A stretch of 24,631 nucleotides of DNA from Verrucomicrobiota bacterium (GTDB lineage Bacteria; Verrucomicrobiota; Kiritimatiellia; UBA8416; JAIOPI01), in assembly GCA_027620105.1 (NCBI GenBank), contig JAQCIA010000001.1, positions 1-24,631 of the forward strand. Reading direction: 5' to 3'. A program made the translations under genes and the position numbers. Positions 16,130-23,583 of this stretch are shown here, one piece after another; the first letter of the stretch is position 1; each line of letters opens with the position of its first letter. Under the pieces are notes generated by a model. It did not search any database. It was not told the origin of the DNA and saw nothing but the letters and a program-made list of their open reading frames with translations.

Positions 16130-17242
16130 ATGTCGGCAACTTTCAGAAGACAGTATTTTCCAGCCGCAACCGCGCGGGATTGGGCGAACTGGCAGTGGCA
16201 ACTGCTGCATGCCTTCCGCACCCGTGAGCAACTGGCCGGCGTGTTGAAACTCACCACCGACGAAGAAGCCGCCTTCACACGTTCGGATCGCCCTTTTCCG
16301 GTTTCCATCACCCCGCACTACCTCAGCCGCATGCGTCTGGACGATCCGCAGGACCCATTGCGTTTGACCATGGTCCCGCGCGTCCAGGAACACCAGGTGG
16401 GACCCGGCGAACTGTGGGATCCGCTCGGCGAGGAACCCCATTCCCCCGTGCCGCGCATCGTGCACACCTATCCCGACAAGGTTCTGTTCCTGGCCACAGA
16501 TTTCTGTGCCACCTATTGCCGCTACTGCACGCGCGCCCGCGTGGTCGGCAGCGGCAAGCTGACCGCACCCAACAGCATCTGGGAAGAAGCGCTGTGCTAC
16601 ATCGCCCAGCATGCCGAAATTCGCGACGTGCTCGTCACCGGCGGTGATCCCCTGACCCTGGCGGACGCGCGGCTCGACTGGCTCCTCGCGCGCTTGCGTG
16701 CCATTCCCCACGTGCAGATCCTGCGCATCGGCACAAAACTCCCGGCCGTACTGCCGCAGCGCATCACGCCGTCCCTCGTACACATGCTCCGTCGCCATGC
16801 CCCGCTCTGGCTGAGCATCCACTTCACCCACCCGAACGAACTGTCGCCCGAGGTGGCACGCGGTTGCATCCGCCTTGCCGATGCCGGCATCCCCATGGTG
16901 AGCCAGACGGTGCTGCTCAAAGGCGTCAACGATTCAACCGCAGTACTGAAAGACCTCTTCGAAAAATTGCTGACCCTGCGCGTGACGCCCTACTACCTGC
17001 ACCAGTGTGATCCCATCGTGGGCTCCAGTCACTTTCGCACGCCGGTGGCCACGGGACAGCAGATCATTCGCGATTTGCACGGCCGCACGACCGGATTCGC
17101 CATCCCCTCACTGATGATCGACGCGCCCGGCGGCGGCGGAAAAGTGCCGGTGGGCCCGAATTACATCGCAGGCCGCGACGGCGCCGACCTCCTCCTCAAA
17201 AACTACGCCGACAAAACCTACCGCTATCACGATCCGGTGTAG
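16130..17242 (+). CDS. KamA-family radical SAM protein, lysine 2,3-aminomutase-like
   Basis: HTYPDKVLF, CATYCRYCTR (CxxxCxxC), VLVTGGDPL, RIGTK, HFTHPNE, SQTVLLKGVND, PYYLHQCD, DAPGGGGK (PLP Lys). The start could be as far upstream as 16058. Confidence 0.9.
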   Translation: MSATFRRQYFPAATARDWANWQWQLLHAFRTREQLAGVLKLTTDEEAAFTRSDRPFPVSITPHYLSRMRLDDPQDPLRLTMVPRVQEHQVGPGELWDPLGEEPHSPVPRIVHTYPDKVLFLATDFCATYCRYCTRARVVGSGKLTAPNSIWEEALCYIAQHAEIRDVLVTGGDPLTLADARLDWLLARLRAIPHVQILRIGTKLPAVLPQRITPSLVHMLRRHAPLWLSIHFTHPNELSPEVARGCIRLADAGIPMVSQTVLLKGVNDSTAVLKDLFEKLLTLRVTPYYLHQCDPIVGSSHFRTPVATGQQIIRDLHGRTTGFAIPSLMIDAPGGGGKVPVGPNYIAGRDGADLLLKNYADKTYRYHDPV

Positions 17243-17285
17243 GCCGAACGGGAGTCAAGCCAGAGACCACGGTCTCCGCCCCCCC

Positions 17286-18446
17286 TCACCACTCCTGCGT
17301 GCGCGCCGCGGCCAGCGCTTCGTCCATCAGTGCATCCAGCGCCAACCCGCCGGCCAGGGCGCGCAGGTGATCCGCGCGGGCGTGCAATTCGGGATGCTTG
17401 GGTACGAAGAAGCTGCAGCAGTCGGCGTAGGGCTGCGACGAGATATCAAACGTCCCGATGCGCCGCGCAATCGCCACAATTTCCTGCTTGTCCATGCCGA
17501 TGGCCGGCGCCAGAACCGGTAGTGGACTGTCGGCATAGGTCGCGGCCAGGTTGTCGTAGGTTTGCGATGCAACCTGCGAAAGTGAATCGCCGGTGACGAG
17601 ATAGCGCGCGCGCGCATCCACCGCCACCCGCGCCGCCAGCTGCAACATGAGCCGGCGATAAAACAGCATGCGTAGCGAGTCCTTCACGTCCCGGATGATG
17701 GCGCGTTGCAAGTCATCGAAGGGCACGATCATCAGGCGCGTTTGCACCTGATAGCGCGACAACTGCGCGGCCAGCTGCACGATTTTGTTCTCCACATCGC
17801 CCGTCGCCTGGCTGCGATTTTGAAAGTGCACGAACAGCGCTTCGCACCCGCGCTTCATCATGAGGTAGGCCGCCACCGGGCTATCCAATCCGCCCGACAG
17901 CAATGCCACCACCTTCTGGCGCGGGTTCGTGGGCAGCCCACCCACCCCATCCATGCGCTCGGTGGACATGTAGGCGGCGCGCTCCGTGATCTCCAGTTTC
18001 ACAGTCACGTCCGGATCGGCCATGCGCACGCGCTTGTCCGGGTAAGCCGCCAGCACCGCCGCCCCCAGTTGGCGATTCACCTCCATCGAACGGAAGGCAT
18101 TCTGTTTGTGCGAGCGCCGCGTATCGCCTTTGAACGTGGCAAAGGTGCGCCCGGCCAGCAACGCCACCGCAGTGGACTGAAAGGCTTCCAATTCCAGCGG
18201 CAGCTTCCAGGCCGGCGAAAAAAATGCGACGCCGGGCACACGCGCCAGCGCATCACAGACCGCCGCGCGATCCGCATCGGCGGCCAGCGTCAGCGTGATC
18301 TGCCCCGACTCGCGGCGATGCGATGTGCAAGCCTCACCCAGCTTGCGGCGGATGTTGCGCCCCAGCAGATTCTCGAAATGGCCGCGGTTCTGCGCCTTGA
18401 GCGCAATCTCCGCGTAGTGCACAACGACATGTTCGTAGTTGGTCAT
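17286..18446 (-). CDS. thiI: tRNA 4-thiouridine synthase ThiI, short form without rhodanese domain
   Basis: VVVHYAEIALKAQNR, THUMP region, LLSGGLDSPVAA (PP-loop), TGDSLSQVASQT, PYADCCSFF.PKHP. Start moved from 18623 to ATG 18446. Confidence 0.93.
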   Translation of the reverse strand: MTNYEHVVVHYAEIALKAQNRGHFENLLGRNIRRKLGEACTSHRRESGQITLTLAADADRAAVCDALARVPGVAFFSPAWKLPLELEAFQSTAVALLAGRTFATFKGDTRRSHKQNAFRSMEVNRQLGAAVLAAYPDKRVRMADPDVTVKLEITERAAYMSTERMDGVGGLPTNPRQKVVALLSGGLDSPVAAYLMMKRGCEALFVHFQNRSQATGDVENKIVQLAAQLSRYQVQTRLMIVPFDDLQRAIIRDVKDSLRMLFYRRLMLQLAARVAVDARARYLVTGDSLSQVASQTYDNLAATYADSPLPVLAPAIGMDKQEIVAIARRIGTFDISSQPYADCCSFFVPKHPELHARADHLRALAGGLALDALMDEALAAARTQEW

Positions 18447-18460
18447 CCGTAACACGCAGG

Positions 18461-18530
18461 ATTTCCCGCAGAGATGCAGAGGGCGCGGAGCAATGCGAAA
18501 CTCGGCGAACTCCGATGCTCTGCGGGAGAT
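18461..18530. repeat. 70-bp imperfect palindrome made of three (C/T)GC(A/G)GAG units facing three CTCnG units
   Basis: Arms 18461-18490 and 18501-18530 pair at 22 of 30 positions plus one G-T, counted by hand. 10-nt loop. Confidence 0.65.
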
Positions 18531-18546
18531 GCCGCGCCCGTCTTCC

Positions 18547-18978
18547 CTACTTGCGCTTTCCCGCCGGTTCCGGGCTGCGCGCGCCCACGCCGAGTTTAAC
18601 GGCGCCGGCGCGCTTGGCGGCATCCATGACCGTCACCACGTGCTCGAAGGGGGTCGCCTTGTCCGCCAGCACGTAGACCGGCTGCGTTTCCGGCAGCACC
18701 AGCACCCGGCGCAACTCCTCCTCGAGGTGCGTGGCGTCCACCACGCCGTCCACTAGATGAATCGTGCCATCCGCCGCCACGCCGATTTCGATGGTGTCCT
18801 TGCTATCGGGTGCCGTTTCCGCCGACTGCGCTGAGGGCAGATTGAGTTTGAGCTGCATGCGCACGAGCATGGGCGACACGACCATGAAAATGATCAGCAC
18901 CACGAGCGCCACGTCGATCAGCGGGACCATATTGATCTCCGCCATGACGCCACCGCGATCGTGGTTGGAGGCCTTCAC
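18547..18978 (-). CDS. exbD: ExbD/TolR biopolymer transporter
   Basis: AEINMVPLIDVALVVLIIFMV (conserved TM Asp), LKLNLPSA, ADKATPFEHVVTVMD. GTGA overlap with exbB. Confidence 0.9.
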   Translation of the reverse strand: MKASNHDRGGVMAEINMVPLIDVALVVLIIFMVVSPMLVRMQLKLNLPSAQSAETAPDSKDTIEIGVAADGTIHLVDGVVDATHLEEELRRVLVLPETQPVYVLADKATPFEHVVTVMDAAKRAGAVKLGVGARSPEPAGKRK

Positions 18979-19601
18979 GCCGCGCCCTCATCCTCAACGA
19001 TGGCATCCACGAGATAGGAGCCGGCCAGCTCCCATTCCGTTTCCAGCCGGCGGATGCTCGACGAAAAATAGTTGTAGGCCATCACCGCGGGAATCGCGAC
19101 GATCAGCCCGAACGATGTGGTCACCAGCGCCTCGGCGATGCCGGCGGAAACCACCTCGGGGCCACCGCCGCTCGTGCGCGCGATGTCGCGAAACGCACGA
19201 ATGATGCCGCCGACCGTGCCGAGCAACCCCACGAAGGGCGCCGTGCCGGCGATGGAACCCAGATAAGGAATGCGCTCTTCCAGTTTGTGCCCCACGTGCC
19301 GAATGGCGCGTGCGAGATTGCGTTCCAGATCCTCGCGTCCGCCGCGCTCCCGCAACACGTCCGCCATCACGCGCGCAATCGGCACCGCTGTCTGCTCGCA
19401 ATAGGTCAGCGCCCCCGCACGTCCACGGCGCTCATGCAGATCCAGCACCTGCTGCACGAACGCGCGCGCATCCACCCGCGCCTTGCGCAGCATCTGAACG
19501 CGGTCAACCATGATCGTGATCGAGGCGATCGACATGATGAACAGGACGGACAGCACGGGCCACCCACGGCTAATCATTTCCCAAAGTGTAAAACCTTCCA
19601 T
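18975..19601 (-). CDS. exbB: ExbB/TolQ/MotA proton-channel protein
   Basis: LGSIAGTAPFVGLLGTVGGII.AF, GIAEALVTTSFGLIVAIPAVMAYN. SD AGGAGA. Confidence 0.9.
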   Translation of the reverse strand: MEGFTLWEMISRGWPVLSVLFIMSIASITIMVDRVQMLRKARVDARAFVQQVLDLHERRGRAGALTYCEQTAVPIARVMADVLRERGGREDLERNLARAIRHVGHKLEERIPYLGSIAGTAPFVGLLGTVGGIIRAFRDIARTSGGGPEVVSAGIAEALVTTSFGLIVAIPAVMAYNYFSSSIRRLETEWELAGSYLVDAIVEDEGAA

Positions 19602-19792
19602 CGCGTCTCCTGCGAGTATCGAAAATTGCGTCTGATTGCCCGCAATGTAAGAGAAGCACCGCCGGGGCGGAAGGGAAAACGATCCAAGTGGTGGAATCCA
19701 TCGTCGCGCTTCGCGGCACGGCCTGGCCGAATGCCCTTGATCGTGGCGGATGCCTTGCCTACCCTGTTCGCTCGCATCAACCGGGAAACATC

Positions 19793-20497
19793 ATGACCAA
19801 GCAACGCATTTGGGCCAGCTACACCACCTTCACGATGAAGGAGGCCTTCTGGCAGTTGGACGCCACTGCCCGGCGCACCCGGCTGGAAGAGCTGCTGGCG
19901 AGCCTGGCGCAAGGCGGTCAGGCCGTGGCGTTCTATCAGGTATTCCCGGCCCGGGCGGAGTATGACTTCCTCGTCTGGACCACGGTTGACTGCGAATCGC
20001 TGGACGCGCCCAATCGCTTCCTCGAAGACGCCGCGCGGCGGCTGAGCCCCTTCCGCCAGTATGTATCGGTGCCAACCATCCTCTGCGGCGTCACCAAACC
20101 CTCCACCTATGTACGTCAGCACGAAAATCCGCAGGAAATTGATCCCTATGCGGGGCAGCGCGCACCATATTTTGTGATCTATCCTTTCTCCAAAACGGCG
20201 GACTGGCACATCAAGCCCCGCGAGGAACGCCAGCAGCTGATGACGGAACACATTCGCCTGGGCAAGACCTATCCGGAAATCAAACAGCAACTCATCTACT
20301 CCTTCGGCATCCAGGACCAGGAGTTCATCGTGGCGTACGAAATGGCCGACCTCGTGCAGTTTTCCGATCTCGTCCAAGCCTTGCGTGCCACCGCCGCGCG
20401 CATCTATACTCTACTCGACACGCCGATCATCACCGGCACCCTGCGCACGCCGGCGCAGCTGGTGGATATTTTCGCGGGAGACGGTCGGCCTTCTTAA
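19793..20497 (+). CDS. chdC: Chlorite-dismutase-superfamily protein, most likely coproheme decarboxylase (ChdC/HemQ)
   Basis: Y130-P-F-S-K134, W..., proximal H153 (MTEH), KQQLIYSFG with Gln at the position of the Cld distal Arg, DQEFIVAYE. Adjacent to hemE and hemH. Start moved to ATG 19793. Confidence 0.8.
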   Translation: MTKQRIWASYTTFTMKEAFWQLDATARRTRLEELLASLAQGGQAVAFYQVFPARAEYDFLVWTTVDCESLDAPNRFLEDAARRLSPFRQYVSVPTILCGVTKPSTYVRQHENPQEIDPYAGQRAPYFVIYPFSKTADWHIKPREERQQLMTEHIRLGKTYPEIKQQLIYSFGIQDQEFIVAYEMADLVQFSDLVQALRATAARIYTLLDTPIITGTLRTPAQLVDIFAGDGRPS

Positions 20498-20506
20498 AGG
20501 TGTCCG

Positions 20507-21574
20507 GTGACCAAAAGCGCAGCCCAACCCTTGAATGACGCCTTCCTGCGGGCCTGCCGCAAGCAGCCGGCGGATCGCATCCCCGTCTGGTACATGCGCC
20601 AGGCCGGCCGGTATCAGCCCGAATACCGCGCCATCAAATCCAGCCGCACGCTGCTGGAGATCGTGGCGGATCCGGATCGCTGCGCCGAGGTGACCCTGCT
20701 GCCCGTCCAGCAACTGGGCGTGGATGCGGCCATTCTGTTTTCGGACATCATCACGCCCGCCGCCGCCATGGGCATTCCCTTCACGATCCAGGATGGCGTG
20801 GGCCCGCGCACGGAAAGCCCCCTGCGCACGGCCGCGGACGTGGCGCGCCTGCATGTGCCGGATTGCGAAGCCGAGATTCCGTACGTGGCTGAAACCATCC
20901 GCCGGTTGCGAAAATCCCTTCACGTGCCCTTGATCGGATTCTGCGGCGCGCCCTTCACGCTCGCCTGCTACATGATCGAAGGGGGGCCCTCCAAGCAATA
21001 CGCACTGGTGAAGGGCCTGATGTATGGGAATGAGCCTCTCTGGCACCAGCTGATGGAAACCCTGACCGCCAGCATGATCGCCTACCTGAATTTTCAGGCG
21101 GCTGCCGGCGCTCAAGCCTTGCAGGTGTTCGACAGCTGGGTCGGCCAGCTCGCGCGCGAAGATTATGAGCGCTTCGTGATGCCCCACATGCGCACGCTGG
21201 TGAGCGAAGTCAAACGCACCACCAAACTCCCCCTCCTGCATTTTGGCGTGGGCACGGCGCATCTGCTCGAATCCTTTCGCTCCGTGGGCTGTGACGTGGT
21301 GGGCCTCGATTGGCGCACGGACATCACCAGCGCCTGGTGGCGCCTGAACCATCGCGTCGCCGTGCAGGGCAATCTGGATCCCGGGCTCCTGCTGGGTCCC
21401 TGGGAATTGGTGGAGGAACGCGCCCGCGCCATCCTCGTGCAAGTGGATCGGCCGGGATTCATTTTCAACATCGGGCATGGGGTCCTGCCCCAGACGCCGG
21501 TCGAGATCTTACAGCGCCTCACAAAATTCGTGCACGCCTGGCCCCCGCCGCTGGAGACCGCGCCAGAGACATGA
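20507..21574 (+). CDS. hemE: Uroporphyrinogen decarboxylase
   Basis: PVWYMRQAGRY.PEY, DAAILFSDI, IGFCGAPFTLACYMIEG, QVFDSW, VQGNLDP, IFNIGHG. Confidence 0.96.
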   Translation: MTKSAAQPLNDAFLRACRKQPADRIPVWYMRQAGRYQPEYRAIKSSRTLLEIVADPDRCAEVTLLPVQQLGVDAAILFSDIITPAAAMGIPFTIQDGVGPRTESPLRTAADVARLHVPDCEAEIPYVAETIRRLRKSLHVPLIGFCGAPFTLACYMIEGGPSKQYALVKGLMYGNEPLWHQLMETLTASMIAYLNFQAAAGAQALQVFDSWVGQLAREDYERFVMPHMRTLVSEVKRTTKLPLLHFGVGTAHLLESFRSVGCDVVGLDWRTDITSAWWRLNHRVAVQGNLDPGLLLGPWELVEERARAILVQVDRPGFIFNIGHGVLPQTPVEILQRLTKFVHAWPPPLETAPET

Positions 21575-21605
21575 GGCAGCGGTTTCAATCCGAAATAAAT
21601 ACCCC

Positions 21606-22508
21606 ATGCCACGCGGCGTTTTACTCATGGCCTATGGCGCGCCGGATACACCGGCCGATATCGCGCCCTTCTATACGGATATTCGCCGCGGGCGTGCGCC
21701 GTCGGCGGAAGCGCTGGCCGAGCTGACCGCGCGTTACGCGGCCATCGGCGGCGCATCGCCGCTGCTGGCCATCACGCGGCGGCAGGCCACCGGGCTGGCG
21801 GCCGCGCTGGGGCCAGACTGGCGCGTCTATGTGGGCATGCGCCACTGGACGCCCTGGATTCATGAAACCGTGGCGCAAATGGCCAGGGACGGAATCACCG
21901 AGGCCGTGGCGCTCGTGCTCGCGCCGCACGACTCGCGCCTCAGCGTGGGTGCCTATATGGAAAAACTCGAAGCTGCGGTCGCCGCCCAGCCGGTACCCAT
22001 CACCTTTCGCAAAGTCCGATGCTGGCACAGACAGCCGGAACTAATTGCCGCCCTCGCCCAGCACACGCACACCGCCCAGCAAAAATTTGCGAGCGGCGCA
22101 GGCGCGCGCGCGCATGTCCTGTTCACCGCGCATAGCCTGCCCGAGCGCATCCGTGAATGGAATGATCCTTATCCGCACCAACTGGAAGAGACCGCGCAGC
22201 TTGTCGCGGATGCACGCGCGCTGCCCAAATGGAGCGTGGCCTATCAAAGCGCCGGGCGTACGCCGGAGCCCTGGCTTGGCCCCGACATCTTGTCCGCCCT
22301 GGCCCAACTCGCCCAACGCGGCGAGAAGCAGGTGCTCGTGTGCGTGATCGGATTCGTGGCCGACCACCTGGAGGTGCTCTACGATCTCGACGTCGAAGCC
22401 AAAGCTGAAGCCGGTCGGTTGGGAATTCAACTTGAACGAATCGCCATGTTGAACGACACTCCCGGGCTTGTCGCAACCTTGGCGGCGGTCGTGCGGAATC
22501 AGCAATGA
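21606..22508 (+). CDS. hemH: Ferrochelatase of the Bacillus CpfC (coproporphyrin ferrochelatase) type
   Basis: LLMAYGAP, YTDIRRGR.P, RY.AIGG.SPL, FTAHSLP, YQSAG, PWLGPD, GFVADHLEVLYDLD. No C-terminal Fe-S Cys. Start moved to ATG 21606. Confidence 0.92.
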   Translation: MPRGVLLMAYGAPDTPADIAPFYTDIRRGRAPSAEALAELTARYAAIGGASPLLAITRRQATGLAAALGPDWRVYVGMRHWTPWIHETVAQMARDGITEAVALVLAPHDSRLSVGAYMEKLEAAVAAQPVPITFRKVRCWHRQPELIAALAQHTHTAQQKFASGAGARAHVLFTAHSLPERIREWNDPYPHQLEETAQLVADARALPKWSVAYQSAGRTPEPWLGPDILSALAQLAQRGEKQVLVCVIGFVADHLEVLYDLDVEAKAEAGRLGIQLERIAMLNDTPGLVATLAAVVRNQQ

Positions 22509-22511
22509 CGG

Positions 22512-22540
22512 TTGACAGCAACTTGCGACTTCGATAATAT
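22512..22540 (+). promoter_or_regulatory. Promoter of cysK-sir (TTGACA-N17-TAATAT) in an AT-rich patch
   Basis: Perfect -35 at 22512-22517, and overlapping TAATAT/TATAAT at 22535-22543. Confidence 0.55.
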
Positions 22541-22614
22541 AATCCAGATAAACCCCATCGGAAAAGTATTGATTGAGCACGCAACTAGATAAAGCGGTTG
22601 CCGCGGAGCCTCGC

Positions 22615-23544
22615 ATGACGCGGTTCGTGGATGATGTCACCCAACTCGTGACCAACACGCCCCTGCTGCGATTGAAGCGCTTTGGCGCCGGACTGCCCGC
22701 CACCCTCGTCGCAAAACTGGAGGCCTTCAATCCCGGTTGGAGCGTCAAGGACCGCATCGGCATCGCGATGATCGACAGCGCCGAGCAGGACGGAAAACTG
22801 AAACCCGGCGGCACGATCGTGGAACCCACTTCCGGCAACACCGGCATCGGCCTGGCCATGGTCGCAGCCGTGCGCGGCTATCGCTGCATCCTGACCATGC
22901 CCTCCTCGATGAGCATCGAACGCCGCAAAGTGCTGCATGCCCTCGGCGCGGAACTGGTGCTCACGGAAGGACACAAGGGCATGTCCGGGGCCATTGAAGC
23001 GGCGAACGAATTGCTGCGCGACACGCCCGGCGGATTCATGCCGCAACAGTTTCAGAATCCCGCCAATCCGCGCATGCACTACCGCACCACCGGCCCGGAA
23101 ATCTGGTCGACGACACAGGGCAAGGTCGACATCTTCGTCGCGGGCGTGGGCACGGGCGGCACGATCACCGGCGCGGGCGCCTATCTGAAGGAGCAGAATC
23201 CGCGCATCAAAGTCGTGGCCGTCGAACCGGAAGAGTCAGCCATTCTTTCCGGGGGCAAGCCCGGACCGCACATGATTCAAGGCATCGGGGCGGGGTTCGT
23301 GCCCGCCGTGTATCGTGCGGACCTGGTGGACGAGGTGGTGCGCGTGAACAGTTCTGACGCGATTGAAGCCGGCAAGGAATTCGCGCACAAGGAAGGCATC
23401 ATCTGCGGCATTTCGTCCGGCGCCGCCGTCTGCGCCGCACGGCAATTGGCGCAGCGCCCGGAAAATGCAGGGAAGATGATCGTCGCCATGCTGCCGGATA
23501 TCGGCGAGCGCTACGTATCCACCCTGCTGTTCTATGAGGATTGA
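22615..23544 (+). CDS. cysK: Cysteine synthase A (O-acetylserine sulfhydrylase)
   Basis: [16 protein letters not shown] (PLP Lys), [52 protein letters not shown] 22615 after GGAG gives 309 aa. The track's TTG at 22573 is the alternative start. Confidence 0.96.
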   Translation: MTRFVDDVTQLVTNTPLLRLKRFGAGLPATLVAKLEAFNPGWSVKDRIGIAMIDSAEQDGKLKPGGTIVEPTSGNTGIGLAMVAAVRGYRCILTMPSSMSIERRKVLHALGAELVLTEGHKGMSGAIEAANELLRDTPGGFMPQQFQNPANPRMHYRTTGPEIWSTTQGKVDIFVAGVGTGGTITGAGAYLKEQNPRIKVVAVEPEESAILSGGKPGPHMIQGIGAGFVPAVYRADLVDEVVRVNSSDAIEAGKEFAHKEGIICGISSGAAVCAARQLAQRPENAGKMIVAMLPDIGERYVSTLLFYED

Positions 23545-23583
23545 GCGTGTTGCGCCTTTTGCGGCCAAGCCAGGAATAAAATT

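Noticed and set aside
16130-17242. Annotation as EpmB (EF-P beta-lysylation)
   Set aside because: It has the KamA-type PGGGGK motif and no adjacent efp or epmA. The role is not excluded genome-wide but is unsupported here.
17263-17276. GAGACC-AC-GGTCTC palindrome between convergent kamA and thiI
   Set aside because: It is only 5-6 bp with a tight loop, has no U tract, and occurs once. It is compatible with chance.
19670-19740. GGGAA...GGTGGAATCC upstream of chdC, resembling a cobalamin riboswitch core
   Set aside because: The spacing between GGGAA and GGTG is too long, the flanking helix does not pair, and there is no GCnACTG or B12-box downstream. An Infernal search with RF00174 would settle it.
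19793-20497. Annotation as a true chlorite dismutase (perchlorate/chlorite respiration)
   Set aside because: The distal Arg is replaced by Gln, there is no signal peptide, and the context is hemE-hemH.
22540-22612. ATCCAGA upstream of cysK, resembling the 5' end of a SAM-I riboswitch
   Set aside because: It lacks the following G-AG...GAGGGA...GGCCC...GCAACC core, and the leader is too short.
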